Origin: Octopus vulgaris
Taxonomy: Eukaryota
Length of the DNA: 64,000 bases
Reading direction: 5' to 3'
NCBI GenBank assembly: GCA_951406725.2
Contig: OX597834.1
Location: 30,256,001 to 30,320,000 of the forward strand
Below are positions 39,032-52,705 of this stretch, one piece after another; the first letter of the stretch is position 1; each line of letters opens with the position of its first letter. The notes beneath the pieces were generated by a model. That model saw only the letters and a program-made list of their open reading frames with translations, made no database searches and had not been told where the DNA came from. The translations under genes and the position numbers were made by a program.

Positions 39032-39880
39032 TATATATATACACATATATATATATACACATATATATATATACACATATATATATATACATATATATAT
39101 ATACACATATATATATATATAGGTAGTGGGTAGTGATTTTCTTCATTACTTCAGGGAGTGACAACCCTGCCAGACACGAGTCACAGGCTCAGCTGGCTCC
39201 GGCTGACAGTACCCAGTATGGGCCCCTATCCAGGGTTACAGAAAGGAGACAACCTTCAAAGAAATCCGGAGTGGAGCCCCATAGGTGGTTCAGTGTTCGA
39301 CTCGACACTCTTCCGGCAGCTCCTGCCACTAAGCTGGTGCCAAACGTAATGCTCTGCACTCCTTTGGACTACGTCAGCAAGGTTGAGAGAGGAATCCTGA
39401 CGATTGGGCTACCCAGGATTTTCTTACATCTAGCCCAGGCCTGCGCAAAACTGGAGAGGACATGAAATGTAAAAACCCGACTGGATTAGTTTATGCACAA
39501 CTCCATTGTCTCCCGAGACAAAAGGATGCCGACAATATACATACATACATAGATGCAGACGTGGCTGTGTGGTAAGTAGCTTACTTAGCAAACCACATGG
39601 TTCCGGGTTCAGTCTCACTGCGTGGCACCATGGGGAAGTGTCTTCTACTATAGCCTCAGGCTGACCAAAGCCTTGTGAGTGGGTTTGCTGGACGGAAACT
39701 GGAAGAAGCCCGTCATATATGTGTGTGTGTGTGTATATGTTTGTCCCCCCAATTACTTGACAACCGATGTTGGTTTGTTTACATGACCGTAACTTAGCAG
39801 TTCGGCAAAAGAGCCCAATAGAATAAGTATATACACATACATGTATGTATATGTGGGTGTGTATGCATGCATGTGTGTTT

Positions 39881-39925
<45 letters not shown>

Positions 39926-40082
39926 GTTACTTTGCTTAGGCATAATGATACTTATACCATGGTGTTAAAACTCATTATATATATATATATATGCTTCAGA
40001 ATAAAGAGTTAGTCAAGTATAGAGCATAATATGAAATTAAATAAATGACAAGGGAACAGGAAATTATGCAGGGATTATCATA

Positions 40083-40163
40083 TGTTTACAGCTGTTTCTG
40101 CTATACGATGTAGTACACATCGAGCTGAGTGCAAGTGCATCACCTTATAGCTTCCTCAGAGCT
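40083..40163 (-). ncRNA. Hammerhead ribozyme motif with extended stem II, stem I damaged
   Basis: agct-CTGAGGA-a-gctata...tatagc-a-GAAAC-agct-GTA; homologous to the copy at 18960-19040. Confidence 0.55.
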
Positions 40164-41392
40164 TCAAAAATGTATCTATGCATTTCACACAATGAACTTA
40201 GAAAACAATCCTTATAGAACAAACGATGATTTTTCTGCACTGAGATATTTGAAAGATTTATGCGTAAGTTTTGCTTGTGCATCTAATTTTTTGTTCCATC
40301 AATATAACAAAAGACATGCAGATGGGATAATGTGTTTTCGTTCGCTTTTACACAAACTGTTGAATTTAATACAAACTCCACATAAGTCTAAAGTTTTAAA
40401 TTCTATTGGACAGTGAGGTGAAAATATTAATAAAATACATTATATGATAATATTTCAATGCTATATCATTGAAATTTTGTGCAATTTAACGAGAAACATA
40501 GGTATTTTTACAGACACTTATATTTCTTCTTATACACATGCTTGCTCACATGCACACACACACACACATATATATATATACACACACACATCCACCAGTC
40601 ATTCCCATAGATTTTAATGGCTGTCACATGATTTGCTTTGCTGGGAAATAACTAAATATACATGGACATGTTATACACAAAACATTATAATTGAATGAGA
40701 ATTTTTCAGATTTAACTATTTATTTCTTATCTACTTTGCTTTGCTTTTTGTTTTCATAGCTAACTTACAACACTGCTATCTTGATATCAACACAAGGTCA
40801 CACACTTTTTACATGAAGGTACAGCCGATTATCATACCGACAGCCAGTACTAGACTGGCATTGCTTCAGCTCCCTTGCAAACACGATAAAGTTTACTTTG
40901 ATAAGATCAAGAGATCAATAGAAACAGAAATATATTTTAAATACCTGATTAAACCTTTATTTACAGGTTAAGAAAGAAGTTCAACAAGAAGAGAGGGGGG
41001 TCAATTTTTACCTCATTAGATTAAGACAGATAGATAGACAGACAGAGAGAGACAGCTTGAATGAACTGCTCCCATCTATCACGCTATTCTTTCATCACCA
41101 TCTGAAGATAAATTGTGTAGAAAACTGATGAAATTGTCAGTTCGTGTAAGAACCAGTCATACGTACAACAAAGCTTTCACGAAACGTCACGAAAATGAAA
41201 CAACATTTAGCTGAACGGAAGAAATAAACTAAAAGAAAAGTCGTTAAAGAAGCATTCACAGCTTTTTCACGAAGGACATATTATATAACGATTTACTTTG
41301 AAAAAGTCCATTAATATATCAGCAACAAATAAGAAGAAGAAGAAGAAGAAGAAGAAAAATATACAATACACGGTAAGGAAGAATGGTCATAC

Positions 41393-41437
41393 CTTCATGG
41401 TGTTGATTTTGACATCCCTGATAAGCTAACTTAAAAG
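41393..41437 (-). CDS. Candidate 45-nt symmetric phase-1 exon (FKLAYQGCQNQHHE), alternative C2 strand 1
   Basis: Acceptor tctgtatcactgctttcag, donor aag|gtatga; open in phase 1; FKLAYQGCQ parallels the canonical LEVRLVGCQ. Confidence 0.68.
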
Positions 41438-41784
41438 CTGAAAGCAGTGATACAGATAAGAATCTATTTAAGTATTTTATGTATATATCTGTGCGTGTAT
41501 ATAAATATATACATCAACTCCAGTAACAAAACACGAAGATATATATTATATTATATATTACTGAGGGGGGCTTCAAACTGTAAAATTGTTTGTTTGTTTG
41601 TATGTTTGGTGTCTGTATTAAGAAGATACAAGAGAGTATCACTCAATACATTCAAACAGCGCCAACAAGAAGAAAAAGAAAAGAAAACAACAAAGAAACG
41701 AAAAGAACCAAAATAACGACATTATTCTCTCCTCAATATGCTGTTAATTCTATTGGAAAGCTATATATACATATATATATACAC

Positions 41785-41821
<37 letters not shown>

Positions 41822-42745
41822 AATAAATAAATAAATAAATATATGTATATTACATATATACATGCACACAATAACATCATTTAATAAAGGATTTATAGGT
41901 GAGCTACTATACTTTTCATGTTCAGCAGTACAGTAATTGGACAGGTTTGAAATATTTTGAACCTAAACAATTGCAGAGTAGCACACGGCAAGTTATACAA
42001 GCCCATCCAAAATCTGTACCATCCAACCATGAAACTTACAGTAGATCACAGTTAAATCCCACGTTTATTAAATGAAACTTATCTTTCGCTGGATGAGGTA
42101 CTTCCTTTGTTGAACTGACCAACAATGGAACAGTCTGCTATACATATATATATTTGGCAAAAGCTGATGATTCACTCTGTTGCTTAGTCAAGAGTCCTCT
42201 TCTATATGAGATCGTCCAAGATTATTCGAAATCCATCACCTGACTGAAAGATCACACATAGTAATGGAGTAAATCATCAGTTTTTTTTCTTCTTCTTTTG
42301 TACTCTTACATGGGTTGAGTACTCTTTCTTTTGTACCTCCAGACGTGTGTGTATATGTATATGAACCATCATTCACGAGTACAACTTAGTAGCATATACC
42401 ATGCTTTCTTTAATTGCTTTAGGTGCCTGTGAAGTCACAAGCAGACACAGACTACCTCCTGGCCCCCTCATCCTTGATCCAGGATGAAACAGCCGGAGGA
42501 GAGGAGAGCTGCACCAGTATATGACTGGCACTCATTTACAGCTGAGTAGACTGGAGTAATGTGAAATGAAGTGTCTTGCTTAAGGGCACAATATGTTTCC
42601 CAGTCAAAGAATTGAACTCATGGCCTTATGATCATGAGGTCAACACCGTAACCACTGGATCATGTACTTTTACATATACACACACACATAAATATGCATG
42701 TATGTATATTGCTAAGGTACAAACAAGTATATATATATATATATG

Positions 42746-42845
<100 letters not shown>

Positions 42846-43635
42846 TGCACACCTGCCTGCGCACACACACATACCCCCCCCGCAGAGAGTGTTTCTTCCC
42901 TCAGATTCATCATTATCAACTTGAATCTCATCAATATCAGCCTCAAAGTTATCATCATTGCCTACAATTTCTTTACGTTCAGTGTGCATTACAATGCTGT
43001 CTGTCTCAGTTTCCTCATCATCATCAAACATGTCATCACTGTATGTTGGAAATTTTTTCTTTTTTAATTAATAATTAATTAACATCATTGATTAATTATC
43101 ACAGAATAGCAAAACAATGTAAACATGAAAAAAAGGAGGCAGTTCCCTGCTATCCTTTCATTTGTTAAAAAAAAAAAAAAAAAAAGGCAAGCTGGCAGAA
43201 ACGTTAGCACACCGGGCGAAAATGCTTAGAGGTATTTCGCCTGCCGCTATGTTCTGAGTTCAAATTCCGCCGAGGCCGACTTTGCCTTTCATCCTTTCTA
43301 GCTCGATTAAATAAGTACCAGTTACGCACTGGGGTCGATATAATCGACTTAATCCGTGTGTCTGTCCTTGTTTGTTCCCTCTGTGTTTAGCCCCTTGTGG
43401 GCAGTAAAGAAATATATAATAAGTCTCAGAGCCAATCATTGATATGGTTGGGGTTTACCTACAAAAAGCCAGTGTTTAGTCATGGCCAATCCTATGTTAC
43501 CTTAAGCAAAACAACAAACAGGAGAAATAGTATAGTAGAAGACATTTGCCCTAGATGCCACACAGTGGAACTGATACTGGAGCCGTGTGGTTGGAAAGTT
43601 AACTTCTTACCACACCTGCACATATATAGTATAGG

Positions 43636-44060
43636 CACATAAGAAAACCATCCGAACATGGCTGTATAACGCATCGACTGGCCTCCGTGCTGTGGGCACG
43701 TAACAAACACCATCCGATTGTGGCCGTGCCAGCCTCGCCTGGCCTCCGTGCTGGTGGCACGTAAAAAACACCATCCGAGCATGGCCGTTCGCCAGCCTCG
43801 TCTGGCACCTGTGTCGGTGGCACATAAAAAAAACACCATCCGAGCGTGGCCGTTCGCCAGCCTCGTCTGGCACCTGTGTCGGTGGCACATAAAAAGCACC
43901 CACCACACTCACGGAGTGGTTGGTGTTAGGAAGGGCATCCAGCCATAGAAACACTGCCAGATCTGACTGGCCTGGTGCAGCCTTCGGGCTTCCCAGACCC
44001 TAGTTGAACCGTCCAACCCATGCTAGCATGGAAAGCAGAAGTTAAACAATGATGATGATG
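43636..44060 (+). mobile_element. Retroposon family C with (GAT)n tail and internal 55-60-bp tandem units, representative copy
   Basis: ggagtggttggcgttaggaagggcatccagc...catgctagcatggaaagc...(gat)n; copies at about 2171-2323, 2737-3122, 10204-10397, 15541-15733, 15902-16092, 26128-26356, 59081-59305. Confidence 0.9.
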
Positions 44061-44387
44061 TAGTTTTACATCTGAACTAGCAAATGTACGAAGCTTTATT
44101 GTAATTTAGGGTACAACAAGTTTTTCTATAAAACATTGTCATGCCTTACAAAACTATCTAATGTTTACATTCTTTTACAATTCTGCAAGGACTAACCACC
44201 GATGTCATTGGCTGTTAATTAATAAAAAAAGAAAAATCTGCTCCATTCTACAGTGACAACATTTAAATTAGTTAACAATGCCAGAATTGAGATGGACAAC
44301 AGTGTAATCAAAACAGAAGAAAATTAAACTGAGAGCTATAATGACAAATTTGAAGGAGAAACCCCTGTATATAGGTATGTGTGTATA

Positions 44388-45543
44388 TTGGGTTGTCAGA
44401 TATATTCGTAGGTTTCTTTTCAATGTTATTTAAATTAATACGAAAAATACTTTAATTGCAATATTTTTTATTGTTTTTTTTTATACTTTGTTTTTGTAGC
44501 TCTATTTTTCCTCTCCAACTTTAGGTTTTGAAATTTGAATAAATTTTACTTCTTTTTCAGAAATGTGATGACAGAATGCCAAATAGTAAAAAAAAAAAAA
44601 GAAAAAAGAAAAAAAAGGAAACAAGCATTTTTGATCCCAAAGCTGTCAAAGACACCGAAAACATCTGTGTTGTGTGCGGAGAAGCAATTACTGAAAGAAC
44701 TACAGAGAAATGGTTTCCAAGTTTCAAAGAAGGAAAATTTGACTTCACAGACTTGGCATCTTGCCAGCTCATTCAGTGCAATGCAGATCGATTAAATAAG
44801 TTGATCGGCAGGGATCTATGTCAGTTCACTAGGAACTTGGTCCAGCAGATGGGATCCCCCCACCACCACAAGACCACTGCCCGTCACTTTCAGTCGATGG
44901 GTAAGGTTCAAAAACTCAATGCAGAGGCATCACACACTCTGAACAAAAGAGACAAATTCCAGTGTTCTTTGATCTCCACCAATTTGCTCGTGCAATATCA
45001 GGCTACTCATGGACACAAGCAATAGCCGAATCCTGATAAGCAAGTACCGGCTGGCGCCAAGCCAGAGCTGCATTCATGCAAGACAATGATCTGCATTTGG
45101 TGGGACTGCAAAGGGCTGATACACAATAAAATGCTTGAAAACAACTGCACAATCAATGCACCTGCTCAACAAGGCCATCCAGCTGAAGCAAGCCAAAATG
45201 GCAACATTGCATATTTCTCCAATGCAACAAGGCTGCCTCCCACCACCCACATCACTAACTAGACCAAAAATACTATTTGAGGAATTGCCTTCAAATTATT
45301 AACTTTTTGATCACTTTCTGACCGTCTGTAAGGTGATTTGTTGAACAACGATGAAAACTGAGAATGTGGCTCAATGAATCTGAGTCAAAGAATTGGTAAG
45401 TTCGTAGAATGTTGACAAGAAGTCAAGAAGTCTTGAACAACGAAGGACAATATATCATTGGATTGATTTATTAACATCATTGAATGGAAAATAAAGATTA
45501 AAATAAATAGGTGGGTGGACCCTGAATTTATCTGACAACTCAA
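44388..45543 (+). mobile_element. Degenerate mariner (Tc1/mariner) transposon, about 1.16 kb, transposase pseudogene
   Basis: TIRs ttgggttgtcagatatattc / gaatttatctgacaactcaa, TA on the left. Remnants include ICVVCGEAITERTTEKWF..FKEGKFD (HTH), SMGKVQKL and KPELH..K.MICIWWD, with frameshifts and stops. Confidence 0.9.
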
Positions 45544-45846
45544 CATGTGTGTATGTGCATATATATATATATAATATATAATATATATGTATGTATGTAT
45601 AAGCACTGAAGTTAAATCTTCATATTGACAGTAACACTTAGCAGCAGAAGATACCAAAGACTGAAAGAAAGAAAGAATGAATGAAAGAAAAGATAATAAG
45701 GGCTTCTTTTTTGTATTTTTCCACTGAAAACACCATGACCATACAAAAACGAAAATCAATGAATCGAAGATTTTTCAAATAAACAGAAGAACAACACCAA
45801 AACAAAACAAAAAAAAAAGAAACTCAACAGAAGACGATTTACTTAC

Positions 45847-45850
45847 GAAG
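45847..45850 (-). CDS. Candidate 4-nt microexon CTTC
   Basis: Minus strand reads ttctttttgtctttcttcccacctctgatag|CTTC|gtaagt; no AG on the minus strand for about 217 nt upstream (45853-46069). Confidence 0.5.
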
Positions 45851-46142
45851 CTATCAGAGGTGGGAAGAAAGACAAAAAGAAAAATAACCAAAAAAAGGTC
45901 ATACCAATAATGGATATTAATAAATATGGAATGCAGAGAGGTAAGGGAGAGGAAAAAAAAGAAATCAAACAAATTGAGATTTGAAAAATTGAAACAAACA
46001 GTCAAGAACACATGTAAGATGGTTTTTTTTTTTGAAATCGTTAATTTTTAAATATATATTTTTTTTTGGCTCTCGGGGTGTGTAGAAACAGCAACAGTTT
46101 GGTCGCTGACGCAACCAGTTAAAAAGTTGCTTTTTCACATAC

Positions 46143-46175
46143 CATTGTCAACACAACACTCTGTGGGTGCACCAC
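46143..46175 (-). CDS. Candidate 33-nt exon; phase-1 frame GGAPTECCVDN, or ends exactly in acaATG in phase 0
   Basis: Strong acceptor ccctgctttcaatttcag and donor atg|gtatgt. Confidence 0.6.
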
Positions 46176-46496
46176 CTGAAATTGAAAGCAGGGTGCAGTG
46201 AGTTATCAAGGAGAAGATCAAACTTGCTTTTTTTTTTTTTTTTTTTTTTTTTGGTATTTTGCGAATAAATATCCCGACCGCGACAGTCAGTCAGTCAAAG
46301 AGAGACATACAGACAGACAGACAAACAAACACTATTTCAAACACATTTAAAACAGCGTGTGAAACAACATCAATAAGAAGAAAAAGAAGAAAAAAAAACT
46401 TTAATAATGGCAAGAAGACAATTAGCTCTGTTAAACAATTTGTCAAGTATATTTTAATTAATTTTTTTCATTCACACAAGAGATACTATTAGTTGA

Positions 46497-46544
<48 letters not shown>

Positions 46545-47044
46545 TAATATTAAAAATTAAAATAATAATAACAGTAATCATAATGATAATAATGATGATG
46601 ATGAAGGATGATAGTAATAAACAATAATGATGATGAGGTAACGATATAGATGCAATCTAATATATGCACAAAAACCACTAATTTTTAGAGACAGGGGATA
46701 TTAATTAGTAAAATGAATCAACCCCAGTAATCAACTAATAATTTCATTTTTAATGAGACAGACAACTGAAAATCAAGCAAAATATGTCAAGGTCCTTTTG
46801 TCCATCACTTTACTAATTCTGACCTAAATAACAACACTAACTAATAGTAACAATAATAACGATACTCCTTTCTACCATAGGCACAAGGCATGAAATGTGT
46901 GGGGAGGGAGAGAGTCCAATATTCAATGCCCCAGTGCATAACTAGTACTTACTGCATTGAGCCCAAAAAGATGGACCTTGGCAGAATTTCAATTCAGGAC
47001 ATAAAGGTGCATGAAATACTGCTAAGCATTTTGCCCAGCATGAA

Positions 47045-47080
<36 letters not shown>

Positions 47081-48989
47081 CCTTTTGATTAGAGGCACAA
47101 GGCTTGCAACTTTGGGAGAGTGGGGTCAGGTGATGACATCAACCCCAGTGCACAACTGGGATTTATTTCACCGACCCTAAAAGGATGAAAGGCAAAGTTG
47201 ACCCCAGTGGAATTTGAACTCAGAATGTAAAGACAAGAAATATCACATAGAATTACGTCTAGCAGAGTAATGGTTCTGCCAGCCCGCTACACTTATAATA
47301 ATAATAATAATAATGTGTCAGGAAGACACTCAGCAAGAAATGGAAACAAAATTGAAAGAAGATAATGATAATAATACTAATGACAATGATGATGTTGATG
47401 ATAATTTTACTGACATAATTATTATCTAATTAAAAATTTTGAAAACAATCATTTATTTTTCTCTTAGACTTTCACTTCCCAAATAAACAAAGTTGAATTA
47501 ACTCAGACAGTCTAGATGGATTTATGGAAATATATAACAGGCATGGGACAGGCTGCAAAGGGGGAGAGGTTTGCTTTGTAAGAATTTGGTTTCAGGTTCC
47601 AAATCCTTGTGAGTGGATTTGGTAGATGGAAACTGGAAAGGCTTGTCGTGTGTGTGAGCGCGTGCGTATGTGTCTCCTTGTCTTCACAAAGTGTAGTAGC
47701 TGTAATCGAGTGTTACTATCATACAAGCAGTGCCATTCATTTTGCGTATTCTGAGAGAGCATGTCCAGTCATGGGGAAATATTACCTCACTTGGGAAACA
47801 GATGAGTGTTAGTGACAGGAAGGGCATCCGGCTGTAGAAAATCTGCCTCGATAAAACTCCCTCAAACACATGCAAGCATGGAAAAATGGATGTAAAGCTA
47901 ATGATGATGACAGTGGGTAAAGTGGCAGTGTGATTAAGAAATTTGCTTTGGAGCTATGAGGTTCAGAGTTCATTTCCACTGTAATGGACACCACCAACTG
48001 GTGCCTTCTACCATAGTTGGAGGTTGATCTTTGTTAGTGAAATTTAGCACACAGAAACTGGAAGAAGCCTATTGTGCACGTGTGTGTGTGTGTGTGTGTG
48101 TGTGCATGTGTATACCCATTTCTTCTGAAACATGGTACACTGCTTGTAAACAAAGTCACCATCATACAAGTTTTGTCTGTTGTTTGTTTGCAAATCCTCC
48201 AGAGAAGCATGTTTGGCCATTTGAGCTTTTATGCTGTTTGACGGTCAAGCAGGAAACATTACCTCACTCGAAAACAGGTGAGGAGAGGGCAACAGGAAGA
48301 GCAGCTAACTGCAGAATATTCTGCCTCAACAAGTCTTGTCTGAGCCATGCAAGCATGGAAAAATAGACATTAGAATAACAATGATGAGGATGATGATGAT
48401 GACAATGATGATGAAGATGATATATATATTATAAAAATACATAAACTTGTAGCTTCATGCATAATTATGGGAACAATTAATAGCTCGTTATTACATTTCT
48501 AATAATGGGATACCATCGCTTTAAGTTTCAGTTTAGTATGAAAGCAGTAATCAAGTTATTACCAAATTTAGTAAAATAACTTTTTAATCATTTATTTATT
48601 TTTATTTTTTTTTCCATTATTAAACTCATGTCTGGAATATAGCTTAACAGTTCTCACATGGAATCAAAAACGGATGGTTTTTAATAAATAAATAAATAAA
48701 TAAATAAATAAATGAATAAATAAATAAATATGAACATTTCAAAACAGGCAGTCATGTACGTTAGAATCAAGAGGGTGGCTTTAGGCAAATGAGGCTGGTT
48801 TGTCGAAAGGAGTTTAAAAGACGTGATCATACAGGGGTGCTTGCCTCTGTGTGTGTGTGTGTGCGTACGTGTGTGTGTGGGTGTGTACACCTTCTCCTTC
48901 CACCTACCCCTTTTACAGCAGTGCACAATTTTGCTATTCCTATTCTTACAACAGGGGCTGCTTGGTAGTCGTCTACGTGCTGGATTTAC

Positions 48990-49070
48990 CTTTTATATCC
49001 TCTCCTAACAACTGTTTAAACAATAGGCTGATCTGTTCGGCTCCATCAATTTCAATCGATGCAGTGGAAC
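48990..49070 (-). CDS. Candidate 81-nt symmetric phase-1 exon (STASIEIDGAEQISLLFKQLLGEDIK)
   Basis: Acceptor aattttag with upstream ctaat, donor aag|gtaaat; open only in the phase-1 frame. Confidence 0.45.
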
Positions 49071-49285
49071 CTAAAATTTTATTGACAATATTTGAGAGCA
49101 ATAACAACAGCAACAACAAAATTAGGCTCTTTATATATTTTTTTTCCATTCTTTTTTTTTTTTTAATCATTGTGTAAGGGAATGTTAAGAGAAGCACATA
49201 TTTATAGACATACACACAAATACATACATACTTATATATATATACCCACACAAATATACACACGCATGTATGTGTATATATATAT

Positions 49286-49316
<31 letters not shown>

Positions 49317-49405
49317 CGTATATATACATACGTATATACTAACACATATATGTACTGGAATAATAGGTTATCTTTCAGTTATATATAGGAAGTAAATCAG
49401 TGTAG

Positions 49406-49451
<46 letters not shown>

Positions 49452-49480
49452 ACAGTAGTGTAGTGCAAATAATGGTAGAT

Positions 49481-49527
<47 letters not shown>

Positions 49528-49751
49528 CACAGAAAGACAAAAGACGTAGAGGCAGAGATAGAGAAAACTGCCGAATCGAAAGTCACAAACAGAGAGAGAG
49601 ACAGACAGACAGACAGAGAAAAGAAGAAGACATCTACACAAAAGAGATAAACATTCACAAAGAGAAAGAGAGAAAAGACAGATTTTTTTTATTTATTTCT
49701 CTTAGGTTACAGAAAAGTTAGCTGCATCTCTGCCCCAAGACAATTAACAAG

Positions 49752-49817
<66 letters not shown>

Positions 49818-49997
49818 TGGGGGGTGGGGGTGGGGGAGGCAGAGGGTGGTCTACAAGTAAACAAAAGACAAAATAAAAGATCCCCCACCCCCTACACAGG
49901 TACAATAAATAGAATTAATAGTGGTATCTCTCATTTGACAGTAATAAAAGTGTACAGGGTACAGCTGTACTGACTGCATAGATGTGTGTGTGTGCGT

Positions 49998-50052
<55 letters not shown>

Positions 50053-50772
50053 AAAGAGAGACAGACAGACAGAGAATGCGCAAGACTGTGGATGTGTGTG
50101 TGTAGGAGATGCACTGAAGCATGAAACACCTGGTGTAGGATAGAGAGAGAGAGATAACTGCAGGAAAGAGGGAGAGAGAGAAAAAGGTAGCAATGAAGAA
50201 GCAATAAATGTTGGTATATTTATATTAAAGCTTCTGACTTCGTGGTGTTATGTTGTTTACGTTATTTAGTCTCCGACATTAAGAGGAGAACATTCACACA
50301 GATTCACTCACTGACAACAATGATCCATACAAGCCGAGGAGAGTCTCTCGGTACAAGTTCACACCACAACCTACCAGAAACATAATAATCTAAACACATA
50401 GACATTTACATATACACACACAAATTTACACAAAATTACATACACCCATACACACACCGTACTCCTGTTTGAAGAAGGCCTTGAGACTTATACCACAAAC
50501 ACATACAAAATTGTGACAGTAAAGACAGGAGGTGGAGTGTTCTAGGAGGGAGAAGGGGGTAAGCAGTCATAAACCTAAACCATTGCTGGCAAACTAGATT
50601 TTGGATGTACAGGGGGAGGGGTTGCATATGGATGGATGTGCAAGTGAGAGAGAGAGAGAAAAGAAAAGTACAGAAAGCTAAGATTAAAAGAATAAAGGAC
50701 AAAGCCCTTTTCCGAGAAATTTAAACTCCTCAGGCTTGGTTTCCTGGATTTCTTGCATATATATATATATAT

Positions 50773-51200
50773 ATGCCTGCAATGTTATATGGTAGTGAAA
50801 CATGGGCTACCACAAAGAGAGAAGAGCAAAGACTGGTAGCGGCTCAAAGAGTCATGGAAAGGTCAATGCTTGGTATCTTGTTGAGAGAGCACATCGGTAG
50901 CGAGATCATCAGAAAGAAGTCTGGCGTGAGAGATGTCATCGCAGAGTATGCATGCAGCAAGTATAGATGGGCTGGACATGTCGCTCGACTCACCGATAAT
51001 CGGTGGACGCACGCAGTTGTCGAGTGTGAGCGGTAAAGACCACCCGGAAGACCTCCACGATGGTGGAGTTACGATTTCAGGAGGAAGATTGGGATCATGT
51101 GGATGAGAAAAGCACGATCCAGAGAGGAGTGGACAGCGTGCTGTGACCAGCGGTGTCAAATGGACGCCTGACAGACTGGTCGGTCAAGGTTGAAGGTTGA
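50773..51200 (+). mobile_element. 5'-truncated RTE-clade LINE 3' end
   Basis: PAMLYGSETW...RWAGHVARLTDNRW...KRPPGRPP.RW motifs, short repeated tail (aggttga), inserted in (TA)n. Confidence 0.88.
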
Positions 51201-52705
51201 TATATATATATATATATATATACTCCCTGCTGGATGGGACACTGGTCCGTCACAGGTACCATTCATTTTTGCCAGCTGAGTGAACGAAAGCAACATGAAG
51301 TGAAGAGGTTTGATCAAGAACACAATGTGTCACCCGGTTCAGGAATTGAAATCACAATCTTACGATTGCGAGTCCAACACCCTAACCACTAAGCCATGCA
51401 CCTCCATGGAAAGCAAAGATTGAAACTGAGGGAAGTAAGAAAACATAGGAAGATCGATAAAGACATAAAGAAGGGAATGAAGGAAGCTAAAACAAAAGAC
51501 AGGACCAGCCATCGAAGACAGACTTTCCAACAACAACAACAAGCAGAATACTTTACTAAAGAATATAAACCTAGAATAAACATCATCAAAGACAAAAGGA
51601 AAAAACAGAACGGGGAATAATAATAATTGTTTCTACTCTAGGTAGAAGGCCTGAAAGTTTGTGGGGAGAGGAAAGTCAATTGCATCGACCTGAGTACTTG
51701 ACCATTACTTTATGTTACTGACCCTGAAAGAATAAAAGTTGAAGTTGGCTTTGGCAAGATTTGAACTTAGAATGTAAAAACAAGCAGGATATTGTTAGGT
51801 ATTTTGCTGAAGGTGACTTATGCCTTTCATCTTTTCAGGGTCGATAAAGTAAGTACCAGTTGAGCTCTGGGGTCGATGTAATTGACTAGCCCACTCCTTG
51901 AAAATTTTAGGCCTTATGCCTATAGTAGAAAGGATTATTATTATAGTTGCTAATAATACAATGAAACAAAATTTACTACTACTACTACTATCACCATTCC
52001 AACTGTCTCTCTTCATTCCATGGTCTCTATTGTTCCCCAAGATAAGTTTTCTCAAATCACAGACCTATGCTTTGCTACCTCCACCGTTGTATCATTAGAA
52101 TGGAAAGTGAAAGTGTAGTTTAGGGGAAAAATTCGAAACATTGATTTATGTCAGGTAATTTCAGAAATAAAGCTATAGCATACACACACAACATCAACCA
52201 GATATAGATACAAAAGAATCCTCAACTACTAACAATGAAGTTTCTACATGGTCACTTGACTAGTGGTTAGAAATAGTAGCCAAATCTTTAAATTGCATCC
52301 TACCATCTTGAAAAGGGAGTGACATATTCAATAATGCTGTCTGTGGTTTGTCCCACCACCACCACCAAACAGAAAACCAATAAAGGGCCTGAAATGGTCT
52401 TAGTCATAAATGGAATACTTTTACAAAGTCAAAGCAAACCTTGAACTAAACAACAAGAACATCAACATAGATTAGAAGATACACACAAATACACTTCTCA
52501 GGGTGACACAGAATGAGAAAGAAGTCATGCATGAATGGACACCATACAACATGATGATACAGTCATGCATGACAGAGAACATACAGCACTTACAACCCAA
52601 AACACTATTGTTGTTTACTCAGAAAATATATCAAGTGGCCCTGTACAGTAGTAATCCTCTCAACCATATGGTCCTGGGTTCAGTCCCACTGTATGGAACG
52701 TTGGG

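Noticed and set aside
39122-39535. 110-aa plus-strand ORF in a GC-richer block
   Set aside because: It is bounded by TA runs like other insertions and has no splice or domain evidence; most likely an unclassified repeat fragment.
41115-41195. CTGATGA...GAAACGTC hammerhead-like motif on the plus strand
   Set aside because: No convincing stem I or stem II pairing.
43636-43900. Regularly spaced repeats resembling a CRISPR array
   Set aside because: The intervening sequences are themselves similar, it is part of repeat family C (also at 2800-2940), the context is eukaryotic and there are no cas genes.
44576-45025. Functional or domesticated transposase gene
   Set aside because: Frameshifts, stops, loss of WVPH and YSPDL-type motifs, and internal deletions.
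50312-50510. Exon-like segments with donors gtgagt (about 50311) and gtacgg (about 50461)
   Set aside because: No ATG-initiated frame joins the phase-1 chain directly and the acceptors are weak. They may be untranslated exons, but I cannot support that.
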